DNA of 64,000 bases from assembly GCF_009914755.1 (NCBI RefSeq), contig NC_060933.1. One strand, written 5' to 3'. A program made the translations under genes and the position numbers. Under the pieces are notes generated by a model, which was not told the DNA's origin, did no database searches, and worked only from the letters and a program-made list of their open reading frames with translations. This document shows, piece by piece, positions 42,993 to 57,127 of the stretch. Numbering within the stretch: position 1 is the first letter of the stretch; every line of letters begins with the position of its first letter. Source of the DNA: the human T2T-CHM13v2.0 reference genome, Homo sapiens.

Positions 42993-44813
42993 TGAAATGC
43001 ACATGTGTACACACAAGGAATTCTTAAAATATCTCGAGCATAATTTGTTGTCTTGTTTAAGACATTAGAATGATTAAAAATAATGTAAAAATATTACATT
43101 AGGAATATCATGATAGGAAAATACCATTTAAAGAATATTAAAGTAATCATATACATAGGGCACAAGTTGTAAGACTTAAAGGGGGAAATTCAGACTTAGA
43201 AAAATAGTGATATTGCTTCTTTAAGTTATTCTAGGTTGATATGTTAACAGCCAGATATTTCAGTTGTTTTCTTCATCTTTCCTTAAATGCTCATGTCTTG
43301 TAAAGAACTTTATCCTTTTAGAATTGTAGGGGTTTTTATGGTCATCAGAAAGCACATCCTCATAATATGCTATTGTTAAGAAATAAAATTTTAAAAAATC
43401 TTTCAAACACAGATCTGTAATTAATTCAGGAGTCAAAGAAGAAATTATAATGGAAGTTATAATTATTTAAAATTAAATAATTAATAAAATTTAAAACTCA
43501 TTGGAACAGTAATATAAGTAAAAGCAGCTGAAAGGAACATCAAGTAATCTAAAGAAAGAAAAAAAAGGGACTACATAATACAAAACAGCACAAATTAGTA
43601 AAATTAAAATCAGAAATTTGTTGGAGTGTAAGAGAGCCAAATAAATAACTTCCTTGTTGTCTCTTAAATTCTGAATCCACTGTAACATCAACAGAGTCGC
43701 AGATCTGAAGACCAAATTATCACTTTTATTAATGATAAATTATGTTAGAGGGTGTGACTAAGAGTAAGAGCCAAACAGATCTACTAATACTAATACCCTG
43801 CCCACCCTCTAGTTTGTAGAACTTGGAACTACATACCAGAGAGATGCAGACACACACACCCAGGATTGTTATCTTGCACTGGACTGGAGGGTGAAAAGAA
43901 ATCTAATTCTCCATGCTTAGAATTTTTGATGGTTTACATCAACCCAACCAAGAAGTGAGGACCAATGGCTGTCACCTGACAACAGACACTCAAGTTAACC
44001 TTCATGCAGAGAGTAAGAAATGGGGAAAGAAATCTGGATTATTTAGGGAAATCAATTCACACATAAATCATAGGAGTGGAAAATAAGTTTTTCTTCCTGT
44101 TAAACACAATAGAGAAAGTCAACCAAATCAAATATTTTGTTTAGTAAAACGGATACATTTGGGGGAAAATTTTTAAGAATTAAAAAGACAGTACAAATAG
44201 ATGAAACAGGGAAGATAAACTAAGATAAAGCAGATATCAAAATAATAAAATCATATGGACTTTATACAAATAAATTTGAGCATTTATACAAAGTGAACAA
44301 TTTCCAAGGAAAATACAATTTTGCATAACGGAGTCAGGAAGAAATGGAAAACCAAAGGAATCTATAATCATTGAAGACACTGAATCTATAATTATATAAA
44401 ACTCTATTCTACCACCCCAAAAAGGAAGAAGAAAGAGGAGAAAATGGAGGGGAAAGTGAAGAACTACCACCAGGTCGAAATTATTTTAATAGCGAGTTCT
44501 ACCAAATATTGGAACAGGCAAATCCAAGCTTACATAAATGCTTCCAGATAATGCAGGCCACCCAAATTGTTCTCAAAGATGATTTTACTTTCTTCTCTGA
44601 GGAAGAACAATGCTGTTTCCTCTCAATTTCTTGAATTTGCTTTGGTAACTTTTACTTTCTTTTCATACAACATTCAAAGGGAGGAGAACGGGCTGGAAAA
44701 ATATTATTCCTTATCTAATTGAAGAATGGTCAATATGAAATCAGAGATACACACACACAGCCTCCATTTTAAAGGGAGTGTCAATATTGATCTTTAAAAA
44801 ATTAAAAGGGAAA

Positions 44814-45685
44814 CACTACACATCTGCTAGAATGGCCAAATTCCAGAACACTGACAACACCAAATGCTGGTGAGGATGTGGAGCAACAGGAACCTCCATT
44901 CACTGCTGGTAGGGATGCAAAATGGTACAGCTATGTTGGAAGACAGTTTGGCAGTTTCTTACAAAACTAAACACACGATTAAGTTGTGCTCCTTGGAATT
45001 TTCCCAAAAGAGTTGAAGACTTACATCTTACACAAAAACCTGCACATAGATGTCTATAGCAGCTTCACTTATCATTGCCAAAACTTAGAAGCAGCCAAGA
45101 CGTCCTTCGGGAGGTGAATGGACTAATAAACTATGATACATACAGACAATGTAATATTTCTGGGAGCTGAAAAGAAATGAGCCATCAAGCCATGAAGAGA
45201 CATGTAGAAATCTTTCCTGCATGTTACTGAGTGAAAGAAGCCAGTCTACAAAGGATACATACTGTATGAATCCAACTATGTGACATTCTGTAAAAGGTAA
45301 AACTATGTGAATAGTAAAAGATCAGTGGTTGACAGAGGTTGAGGGGAGGGAAGGATGAATAAACAGAGCCCAGGATTTTTAGGGCAGTGAAATTACTCTG
45401 TATGATACTATGATGGTAGAAATGCATCATTATAAATTTGTTCAAACTCACAGAATATACAATGCCAAAAGTGGCTCCCTAATGTAAACTATGGACGTTG
45501 GGTGATAATGATGTATCAATGTAGGTTCACCAGTTGTAATAAATATAACACTCTGGTAGGGGATGTTGATAAGGGGAAGGCTACTCATGGGGATGGGGAG
45601 GGAGTATGTGGAAATTCTCAGTACTTTCCATTCAATTTTGCTGTGAATCTACAAGTACTCTAAAAGTTAGCCTATTAAATAATTT
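44814..45685 (+). mobile_element. L1MC1/2-like 3' end
   Basis: ORF2 tail 'ctgacaacaccaaatgctggtgaggatgtggagcaacagg' and 3' UTR 'gtaaactatggacgttgggtgataatgatg'. Confidence 0.85.
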
Positions 45686-45839
45686 TTTTTAAAAGGAGAC
45701 AATATATCCATAATTAAGGTCAATTCATTTATGTATCTGTTTAAGGCCAGGTTCATTCATAGGCGACATGGGAGGAAAAGTTTATGTTACCTATTCAACT
45801 AAAAAAAAAGTCAAGGAGTCTTATTCTAAGTTCACTGCC

Positions 45840-46056
45840 ATAAATTATATATGTATATATAATTTATATATATATATTATATATGTATATATAATTTATA
45901 TATATAATATATTTATTATAATATATAATATATATTATAATATATATTATATATTATAATATGTATAATATTATATATATTATATATAATATTATATATA
46001 ATATATATAATATATATAATATTATATATAATATATATAATATTATATATATATAA
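45840..46056. repeat. Interrupted (TA)n low-complexity tract
   Basis: About 215 bp almost purely A/T. Confidence 0.95.
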
Positions 46057-46140
46057 TTAAAAAGGAAAGACTACACATTTGCTAGAATGGCCAAATTAAA
46101 GAAAAGTGACAACACCAAAAGAAATATATATATGCATATA

Positions 46141-46290
46141 TTTTTTTTTTTGAGAGTCTCACTCTGTTGCTCAGAATGGAGAGCAGTGGCTGATCACAGC
46201 TCACTGCAGCCTCAATCGCCTGGGCTCAGGTGATCCTCCTACCTGAGCCCCCTGAGTAGCTGGGGCTACAGGCGTGCACCACCATGCCTG
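46141..46290 (-). mobile_element. Alu right monomer (AluJ/FRAM-like)
   Basis: 'cacagctcactgcagcctc...gggctcaggtgatcctcc'. Confidence 0.8.
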
Positions 46291-47242
46291 GTGTCTAAAT
46301 ATGAAATTCAGAGCCTAGCATCCCAGTTAAAAGCCACCTATCTCCAATGACAGAGGGAAGGGAATTTGGGAATGCTTAGAGCTGTCTCCCTACTCCCCAC
46401 CTGACCCTCCACACAACCCTCTCAGGCCTGCTTGCTGCAATAGAAGAAAGAACATTAAGGAGGAGAAAAAAAGACATGGCTGATGCAATCCCAAGCAGCC
46501 CACTACAGTTTTACCTTTCCAGCCAGGAGGAAATTAGTAAAGAGAGACACACACCAGTCCATGCACTGCCCTGGAACCCATTCAGGGTTCCGACCAGCCC
46601 TGGAATTTCACCCACTCATTGTTGGGAAAGCTGATCAAAGCAGGTTAGCACAATCTCTCCTTGGAGTAGAATGAAATGGGCGAGAGAAGAAGCAAATGAG
46701 AAGCTATTCTTTTCTTAAAGGTCAAAACTTGCCTACTATGTCGTTTTTACATTAATATAAATTAATTTCTCACAGAAAGTTGGCAACATATACATGCCCT
46801 AGGAAAGGATAAGAAGAAGTGATCCATCCCGGGAAAGATGGGGAAAACCATGGTGGTTTCGCTATGTTAGCCTCTTCAAAGTCCGAAAGCTAGTAGGTGG
46901 CAGAGATTTCTATTAAGTTTCTTTAGACTTAAAGAAACTCTTTTTACCATCCAGTGTATTGGAAAATGGCATCCAAGAAAGACTTGAATGCATCTGTGCT
47001 ACCTAAGATATTATCACACTAAGAACTACTTGAAATAAATCTCTGTTTGGGGCTGACCTAATTCTTACCGAGTATCTTCTCTTGAGAATCACCAAAAGAG
47101 AACACACCACTTTATTTGACGTTAAAATAAACATGTCAGAAAATGGACCAAAGACCTAAATGTAAAACCCAAAACTATAAAACTACTAGAAGAAAACATG
47201 GGAGAAACATTTCAGGACATTTATCTGGGAAAAGATTTTATG

Positions 47243-47551
<309 letters not shown>

Positions 47552-48564
47552 TTATGAGTAAGATCTCAAAAGCACGGGCAACAAAAGCAAAAATAAACCA
47601 GTAGGATTATGTCAAACTACAAAACTTCTGCACAATCAACAGAGTGAAAAGACAACCTACAGAATAAGACAAAATATTAGGAAACTACTTATCTTATAGG
47701 GGATTTGTATTCAGAATATACAAGCAATTCAGATATCTCAATAGAAAAAATATGATTTAAAAATGGGCAAGTGATCTAAACAGACATTTCTCAAAAGAAG
47801 ATGTACAAATGGCCAACAAATATATGAACAAATGCTCAACATCACTAATCATCAGGGAAATTCAAATCAAAACTGCAATGAGATATCATCTTATCCCAGT
47901 TAGGATGGCTGTTATCAAAAAGAAAAAAAATAACAAATGCTGGCAAGGATGTGGAGAAAAGAGGACTCTTCTACACTGTTGATGAGAATGTAGACTAGTA
48001 CAGCCATTATCATGAACAGTGTGGAGGTTCCTCAAAAAACTACAAATAGAACTACCATACCATCCAGCAATCCCACTACTGGACATTTATCCAAAGAGAA
48101 GGAAATCAGTAGATCAAAGAGCCATTTGCAGCCCCATGTTCACTGCAGCACTAATCAATAGCCAAGATATGGAATCAACCTAGGTGTCCAGCACCAGATG
48201 AATGGATAAAGAAAATGTGGTGTATATACACAATGGAATACTATTCAGCCATAAAAAATAATGAAATCTTGTTATTCATGGCAACCTGGATGGAACTGAA
48301 GGACATTGTGTTAAGTGAAATAAGCCAGGAACAGAAAGTTAAACACCACATGTTCTCACTCATAAGTGGAAGCTAAAAAAAAAAGTTGATCTCACAAAAG
48401 TAAAAAGTAGAACAGAGCATGCCAGAGACTTGGAAGCATAGGGGAAGGGAGAGACAGAGACAGACTTTTTAAAGGATGTAAAATTACAGTTAGATAGGAG
48501 GAATACGTTTTAGTGTTCTATAGTGCTATAGGATGACTATAGTTAACAGTAATATATCATTTCA

Positions 48565-48876
48565 TTTTTAAAAATTTTTTTATTTTTATTTTGAGACAGA
48601 GTATTACTCTGTCACCCAGGCTGGGGTGCATTGGTGTGATCTTGGCTCACTGCAACCTCTGTCTCCTGGGCTCAAGCGATTCTCATGCCTCAGCCTCCCA
48701 AGCAGCTGAGATTACAGGCATGTGCCACCATGCCCAGCTAACCTTTTTGTAGTTTTTGGTAGAGGCAGGGGTTCACCACGTTGGCCAGGCTGGTCTCGAA
48801 CTCCTGTTCTCAGGCAATCGCCCACCTCGGTTTCCCAAAGTGCTGGGATTACAGGCATGAACCACTGTGCCTGACC
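48565..48876 (-). mobile_element. Alu in L1MA 3' UTR
   Basis: Full dimer; TSD taa(t/c)atatcatttca. Confidence 0.93.
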
Positions 48877-49789
48877 AATAACATATCATTTCAAATAACT
48901 AGAAGAAGGACATCAAATGTTCCCAAGACAAAAAAAAAAAGATAAATGTTTGAGATGATGGATATATTAATTCGCCTGCTCTGATCACTATACATTATAT
49001 GTATCAAAATATCACTATACCCCATAAACGTGCAATTATAAAAATAAAATTAAATTTTAAAAATTAAAAATAAACATGTTGAGAAATTTCTTGAAAGAGC
49101 TGTTTTCTAATCCTTCAGGCATATTTTCTCTTAAAACAGAGGATTCAAAGAGAAGAAATGTATTATTATACATTGCAATTTAGCACTGCATATTTCAAAT
49201 CCCTTTTAATGATACAAGTTGTTCTGTGTTGCCAGCTGAAACCTCAAAGAGATTTCAAATGGCTACATTGCCTTCTAAAGAAGCTGATGAGTGTTCTGGG
49301 TGTCTAGGAATGGTTTTTTTGAGCCTCTAAACGAGGCAAGCCACCACATTACCAACAAAAAATGTCACTAGCTGATACATCATGTGATGCTAGCAGTATG
49401 TAGGGATACAATAAAATGGCACATCTTGTCACTTATTTTCAACAGGAAGAAGGACTGACATGGAGTTTATTGTTGGAAGGGGCCCACTGTGCCGTCCTAT
49501 TGTCAACTGAGAAATCTGTTTCCCAGAATGCCCTCTCTGTAATGATTCTGTGTTAACATCAGCCAAGAGTGACATTGCCCAAGATTTGGGAGGTGAAAGT
49601 AAAGCTGTTGCCATTATACTTTAAAGATCATTGTTTGTTAGAGGTGATGAGAGACCACCTGACAAGGTCATTGTTAGAAGTCTAATCCCCTTGGAGACAA
49701 GTTAGAACCTTCTATTCTGACAAAAGCCGTTTTAAAGATAGCCTATTAGAAATCACACTGGGGTGAGAATCAGAAGCCTATCCTACTAC

Positions 49790-50030
49790 TACAATTAATA
49801 ACATAGCACATTTATTGTTTGCTATGTACTACTGTGCCCCATGCTTGACATTAAATATCTCCTTTAGAGAAATATTTGCAACCACTCTGTGAGTAGGTAC
49901 TGTCATTATCCTCATTTTACCTCATTTTACAGATCAGGAAACTGAGGCACTGAGAAGTCAAGCAACTTGCTCATTTTGATTATATAGTTTGTGAAAGGAA
50001 GGGCCAGGATATTAAACTTCACTGAAACTC
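49790..50030 (-). mobile_element. MIR
   Basis: 'cattttacagatcaggaaactgaggcactgagaagtcaagcaacttgc'. Confidence 0.8.
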
Positions 50031-50779
50031 TAAAATTTCTAGCTGTGTGATTGTGGTCCTATCACTTCCACACAAGAAGTCTCATTTTCCTCATCTGTCA
50101 AATAAGAGGCTTGTACTGCATGGCCTCTAAAGTCCCTTCCTGGCTAGCTGTTCTATTATTCAATGTCCCTTTTATCAGGGAGTGATATTCTCCCCAGCAA
50201 GTATTTGATGCGCCCATTTAAAAGTCCTTCATCAAAAATCTCCTCTTAACTAGCAGCCCGGGGAACTCATTCCGGCTAATTTAATCTTGCATTCCCATCT
50301 GGACAGTGAGCACCTCTGGAAAGGGCCACCACATTCATCTTTGTATCTTTTCATACAGTTCCAAAATGCAATGGAGGTCAGTGAGAATGTGTGATTCTAT
50401 ATATGAGTGCTTGTTTGTTTTAGACAATTTTCCTAGGAAAGTACCCACAGTGAATATCTGAATTTCATTATAACCTTGGCATGTTTTGCTCTTCCACATT
50501 CCAGTATGCAACATAATCCATAGATTCACACCATTCCCTGCCATGAAGTACCTGTTGTTTTTAGAAGTCAGATGCTTCTAATATTCCTGATTTTCATTTT
50601 GATACAAAGGAGTTATGAAGCTGTGCCGAGAAAAAGGAATACAAGATCAGCTGACGTTCCACACCACCGATGGAAATAGTAACAAGGCATACAACGTGGG
50701 AAATAATGTGGAGTCTTTCAAATTCAGCAGGTTTCACAACCCACCCTTTACATGGGCTCCAGGATGACAAGTGCCCCAG

Positions 50780-52810
50780 TGAATGCTTTTCCACATACAT
50801 CTTAGTAAAGACCATCAAAAGCCCTTTGCTTTCAGCTGGCAAGTCTCAGCCGTGCACCTTCACTGCCTGCCTCAAGACTCTATGAACTCTCCAGTCCTCT
50901 GTCAAAATCCAGTCTGGATTTTGTATTGCATCTTCAATCCACAGAATATGACGCTGGCCCTCTACATTATGGCATCATGCTCCTTGGACCTGCAAAGTAG
51001 GAAATAGCCATTACCCTAGACAGCACGTCAAGACACATTCATGCCAGAGAGTGGGATACATCTGGCAAAAACTCAAGGGCCTGCCACCTAGGTGAAATTC
51101 TTAGGAATCTAGTCGTCTAGGCCATGTCAAGATAATCTTTCCAAAGTGAAGGACAAGTTGCTGCATTGGGTCTTCCTACCACTAAGAATGGGCATAATGG
51201 CTAGTGGGCCTCTTTGAATTTTGGAGGCCACATATATCTTATTTGGGAGTGCTCTAACCCATTCATCAAATAATTGAAAGGTTTTCAGTTCTGATGGATG
51301 TCCAGGCTGCCATTAAAGCTGCTCTGCCACTTGGGCCATATGACCCAGTAAATCTATTAGTGCTTAAAGAGTCTGTGGCCAATATGGATGCTGTCTGGAG
51401 CCTTTGGAAATGCTCCTTTAGGTGAATCATAGTGCATATCTTCAGGATGTTGGAGTAGATATACAATCCCCTGTCAGCAACTATTGTCCTTTTGGGAAAC
51501 GGTTTCTGGCTTGCAATTGAGCCCTAGTATAGACTGACCATTTGATCATGGGCCACCAAATGGACATGGGACTTGAGTTGCCCATCATTCATTGAGTGCT
51601 ATCTGACCCACTGCATCACAACACTGAGCATGCAAAACAGCACTTCATTGAGTGGAAGAGACTCAGGCCTATCCTGAAGGCAGAAGTAAGTTGTCTAAAC
51701 AAATGGTTGAGAATGGCTTCTACTCTTGCTACTCACTTCTTCTTTACCCACCTGCACCCACATTCTCATGGTATTTTCCCTACAACTGAATGACTGAAGA
51801 AGAATTATTTAGGTCTGGTTTACAGACCATCCTGCCCAATATGCTAGCATTACTTGAAAGTGGGCAGCTAGGTGAGCATGACAACTTTTCTCAAAGCCCT
51901 TAAGGATAGAGGCAAAGGGAAATCCTTTTAGTGGCAGAATATTGAGCAATGTATCTGTTTGCTTATCCTTTTCTGGAAGAATTGATAATCGGGAGTATGC
52001 CTCATGATAATCAGTGGTATGACTCACTGACTCATGGGAAGTAGTTAAATGGCCAGAGACTTGGAAGGAACACATTTGGAAGATTGGTGACAAGGAGACC
52101 TGGAAAAGGATTATGTAGATAGATTTCTCTGAATAAGTACAAAGCAACCTCAACCGAGGAAGATCTCAATAACCAGGTGAACAAGGCACCCTATTCTATG
52201 TCAATCAGCCTTCTCCTCTAATAACTCCTGTCTGCTCAATGGGGTCATCAGTCATGGAGGCAGGGATGGAGGTTACCCATGGGCTCAGCAACATGGACTG
52301 ACATTCAGCAAGCCTGCCAATAGTGGAGACCAATACTGAGCCCCCATGCAGCGCCATCCCCTGGGGGTGCAGCAATTCACCTGCCAGGAGGTTGATTACA
52401 CTGGACCCCTTCCATCATGGCAGGAGTAGCAGCTATAGATTTACCTTTTCTATCCACAATTCTACCAAAACCAGTACTCCTGGACTTACAAAATGCCTCA
52501 TTCATTGTCATAGTACCCTATACAGGATTGTCTCTGACCAAAGAACTCATTTTGCAGCAAATCAAGTGTGGTGATAGGCTTGGGCTCATTGAATTCACTG
52601 GTCTTATCAGGTTCCTGAAGCTGCTGGCCTGACAGAATGGAGGGATGGACTTTTAAGGCACAGTTATTGTGTCAGCTATGCAGCAACACTTTTCTGCAGC
52701 AACACTTTTCAGGGCCAGGGTAATAACTACCCGGATGTAAGATATATTCTAAATTATCAACCAGAATATATGGTCATGTTTCTCCTATAGTCAGAATTCC
52801 CCATAAATAG
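50780..52810 (+). mobile_element. Degenerate ERV-L internal pol region (RT, connection/RNase H, integrase), no flanking LTRs seen
   Basis: Translations 'SKDHQKPFAFSWQ...LPQDSMNSPVLCQN' (ERV-L RT-like) and 'GLTKCLIHCHSTLYRIVSDQRTHFAANQV' (integrase SDQG-THF-like); many stops and frameshifts. Confidence 0.85.
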
Positions 52811-53744
52811 GCCCTGAGGTTGTCCCCAACTTTTTATAGTATAAATAATGATCCAGCAAACATCTTTGAAAATATATCCTTTGCCCTTTCTTGTTTACAT
52901 GTGTTTTCCCACCACCAATCTGTAAAGCCCTCAAGGAATTTTAGTCTCCCATCTTTGTATCGTTGGCACCCAGCTCAGTGCCTGGGACACTACAGCACTG
53001 GAAGCACGCTTGTGCATGAACGGATGAATGAATGCATGCTACATGGCTTTAGTTACAGTGTTGCCAACCTCAACCAGACACAAACCCTTCCCAACTGCTG
53101 GTTCTGCTGACCAACATCTGACCTAGGAAGCCACTTCCTACAATCACTTCAAGCCCAGGAAATACATAAATGTCCCCAAGATGCTAATTTTTATCTTAAT
53201 ATCAAGTCCATGCTTTTTATGCCTCCTCCATCATTCATTTGTTTCTTCAACAAGCATTTTCTTCCCCTGTGATGGGGATACATAATGGAAAAGACCTGGC
53301 ACTTGTGCTCAGAGAGGTTACAGCCAATAAGGGGAACTCCAGGGAGGCCATTACAATGCAGAGAGACAAACACTCTGATGGGATAAGATGCAGGTCTTGT
53401 GGGTACATAGGAGGCCCTTCAATGCAGTCCCAGCAAGAGGGAAAGGGACATGGACTTCTTCAAGAGGCTAGTTCCTCTAAGTTGTGGAGGAAGGTAGAGG
53501 GAATTCCCAGCAAAAGAGAAAGAGGGGAGAGAACAGGCCCATTCATGGAGAGTGAGTTCTTCTCCAATTGCCTGTACCCGGTATTAACTCTCTTGACTCT
53601 TGTCCCTGATTCCTGGTGACTCAGTGGCATGTGCCGTGATGGTTCAGACTCCCAGCCTCACCCCTTATGATGTTCTTCATGCTCTCTCGCTGCCCCATCA
53701 CTCTCCCTAAGCTTGGACTGCAGCACGTTCCCTTATTCAAAGTT

Positions 53745-54455
53745 TGTGTTAGTTACCTGGGGCTGCTGTCACAAAGTATCACAAACTGGTGGCATCAACA
53801 GCAGAAATGTATTGTCTTCACAGATCTGGAGGTTAGAAGCCTGAGATCAAGGTGTCAGATGACTGGTTCCTTCTGGGGGCCGTGTGGGAATCTGTTCTCA
53901 GGCTGTCTTCTCCCTGTGTTTTCACACTGTCTTCCCTCTATGCATGCCTAGCTGTAGGTCCAAATTTCCTTTTTATAAGGACACATGCTTAGTGGATTAA
54001 GACCCACCCTAAGGACCTCATCTTAACTTGGTCATCTGTAAAGACTCTGCAGTTGATTCTCCATATCCATGGGTTCTGCATTCTTGGATTCAACTAACTG
54101 CAGATCGAAAATAGTTGGAAAAAAGAAGAAGAGTTGCATCTCTACTGAACATGTACAGACTTTCTTCTTCTTATTATTCCCTAAACAATACAGTGTAAAA
54201 CTATTTGCATAGCATTTACTTTGTATTCAGTATTATAGTAATCTAGAGATGATCTAATGTATACGGGAGGATGCACGTATGTTAGAGGCAAACACTATGC
54301 CATTTTATATAAGGGACTTGAGCATCCATGGATTTTGGTATCCACAGGGATCCTGGAACCAATCCCCCGTGGATACCAAGGGATGACTATATTTCTAAAA
54401 AGTGTTATACTCACAGGTCACAATTTTTGGAGAGACATAATTTAATCCTAAATAG
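53745..54455 (-). mobile_element. MLT1A/B-like LTR interrupted by MER2
   Basis: 'tgtgttagttacctggggctgctgtcacaaagtatcacaaactgg', 'tctggaggttagaagcctgagatcaaggtgtc'. Confidence 0.8.
54050..54389. mobile_element. MER2 (TcMar-Tigger MITE)
   Basis: 'cagttgattctccatatccatgggttctgc' ... 'ggataccaagggatgacta'. Confidence 0.88.
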
Positions 54456-55084
54456 AAGCCAAGATTCCAGATCCTAATTGTTTCTACTCTGCTTCCACAT
54501 CCCGCAGTGTGACAATCAGGAAAGCCACCATCAAAAAGTCCTGATGCTCATGGTTGGGTGTTGTTGTTTTTGTAAATTGCATTTTATCATTAAGGTCCCC
54601 ATGTTGGTGGTGGTTTATTGCTTAATGAAATTGCCTCCTCTGTGGGCTTTAATTATAAGGCAGGGAAATGAACAACAGAGAATACAATCTGAGGTGGCAG
54701 CCAGGCCATTTTCATTTAAACTTTTTGCAGGTTCCCACTGTGTGCTTTATTCTCATAAACTACAGAATTAAACACATGAGTCCACTGGGCTGGGCCTTAC
54801 CACTCACTGCTGTCAGAATGAACATCTAGAGTAAATAATGATAGCTCCATCAGACCCACAGATGGGGCTATGTTAAGCTATGTGGCTGGTGCAGTCTCAG
54901 CAAGGATGCCTGCCACAGGCTGCCTGGAAGAGGACTCTCTTAAATATCTGCTTGAAGAATTCGGCCTGAGAGTACAAGCAAGTTGTCCACTGCGAAAACT
55001 GAACAACAGGCTACTATAGCTGGAAGGATGTTAGTAAGCCTATTCCAAAGGCTCTTAACCTGGATGTGTGGATTAGCTTTTAGG

Positions 55085-55570
55085 AAGCCACAGCAAACAG
55101 TGTTCATGTCCCCCCACCCCCACTCCTCCATCTCCTCGGCCCACCCAGAGGTTACCTTCAGCTTCAGTGAGTAATTCCATAAACCAGCCAGCCTTCCTGG
55201 TTGCTGAGGGCTTTGTGTGGCTGCAGGAGCACACCTGCCCAAGGTCAGAGCAGGCTGGGATGGCCTGAGAGTTAACACTATGACCTCCAGCCAATAAAAG
55301 ATGTGAGTTGGTGAATAAGCACCTAGCTTCTTCACCCCTCGGTGGGACGATTCTGAGGTATGTTCTGCACGTTGTTTTGGAGGGTCCCCAGAGCCAGCGG
55401 GCCTCTGTTGTCCACAGTGGTACCCGCTGATGAGCATACCTTTCACCGGCTTTCCTCCCTTTCCTGTCTCAGGCCTCATCATGTTCCCTGGGATTGCCTC
55501 CCAGATGAATGACTTGTTCCCAAATCCTTTACCTCAGGGTCTTCTTTTTGAGGGAACCCAAATCAAATCA
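55085..55570 (+). mobile_element. LTR16A-like solo LTR (ERVL)
   Basis: 'cacccctcggtgggacgattctgaggtatgttc', end 'gggaacccaaatcaaatca'. Confidence 0.78.
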
Positions 55571-55964
55571 GGGTATACAAGCCCCTGAAGCTACATGGGA
55601 AAGTATTCATGTCTGTGCCATTTTCTGAAAGAGGGCACACAGCTTTCATTAGATCCTCAAAAGCTCTTAGCCAAAACCAAAAAAAAGGGGGTAAGAACCA
55701 CTGCTCATTATTCCACAGTGAGAGCAGCTATTTCTTCCAGGTCTAATCTAATCACTCTCAACCTGGGGGGCCAAAGGAATGGAGTCAACTTTCAACTAGC
55801 TGACAAGTCTGCATGACAAGAGGTGGGGGGAAGAGGTATGCAGAGAGAACAGCCCTGTGTGTGGGAGTACAGAACAGCAAGGGCCTTTCCCAAGGCCAGC
55901 ATGGTCTCAGGCTAATCTGATGTTTGTGCGTGCATTGTATTTTATATCAAAGGGGAAGGGCCAG

Positions 55965-56610
<646 letters not shown>

Positions 56611-57127
56611 TTTAAAAACCACTGATCTCAATAAACACAACAACAACAACAAAAGCTGTTGTAGCAGGAACTGTGACCCTCCTCATTGGTGCTATCTTTT
56701 TGCAGGGTCTGGTGCTCACTGTGTGTAATCGTGACTGCGGGGACCCGCCTATCGGAGTAAATATGTAAAAGGAGGTGAAGAGGTGGGCCTGATCCCTGGC
56801 CCGAGGAGTGAATTCAGGCAAAGCCCTTGATGTCTTTGTGCCTAAGTGTCTCTCCAGTTGAGGAAAACAGTCGCTGTTGTTAAGCCTCCTGGGTAGATGC
56901 CAAAAGAATGGCCACTCATGAGGAAGAGGGCTGCATTAGGCTGAGAAAGCCGCAGGAAGTGACTGAGAGGGAAGAGAGAAAGGTCAGTGTGTTTGTTGTG
57001 TGAAGAGTTGGAGGTCAGTTCTAAGAGACAGAAAAGCAATAAAATCTGGAGATGGAAAATAGCTAGGAAGGAAGTAAGAAATGAAAAGACCCGTGGCGCA
57101 TACCACTGGCAAAGATGCTTCCTGGCA

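Noticed and set aside
54940-55482. 180-aa minus-strand ORF
   Set aside because: Mostly antisense LTR16A sequence
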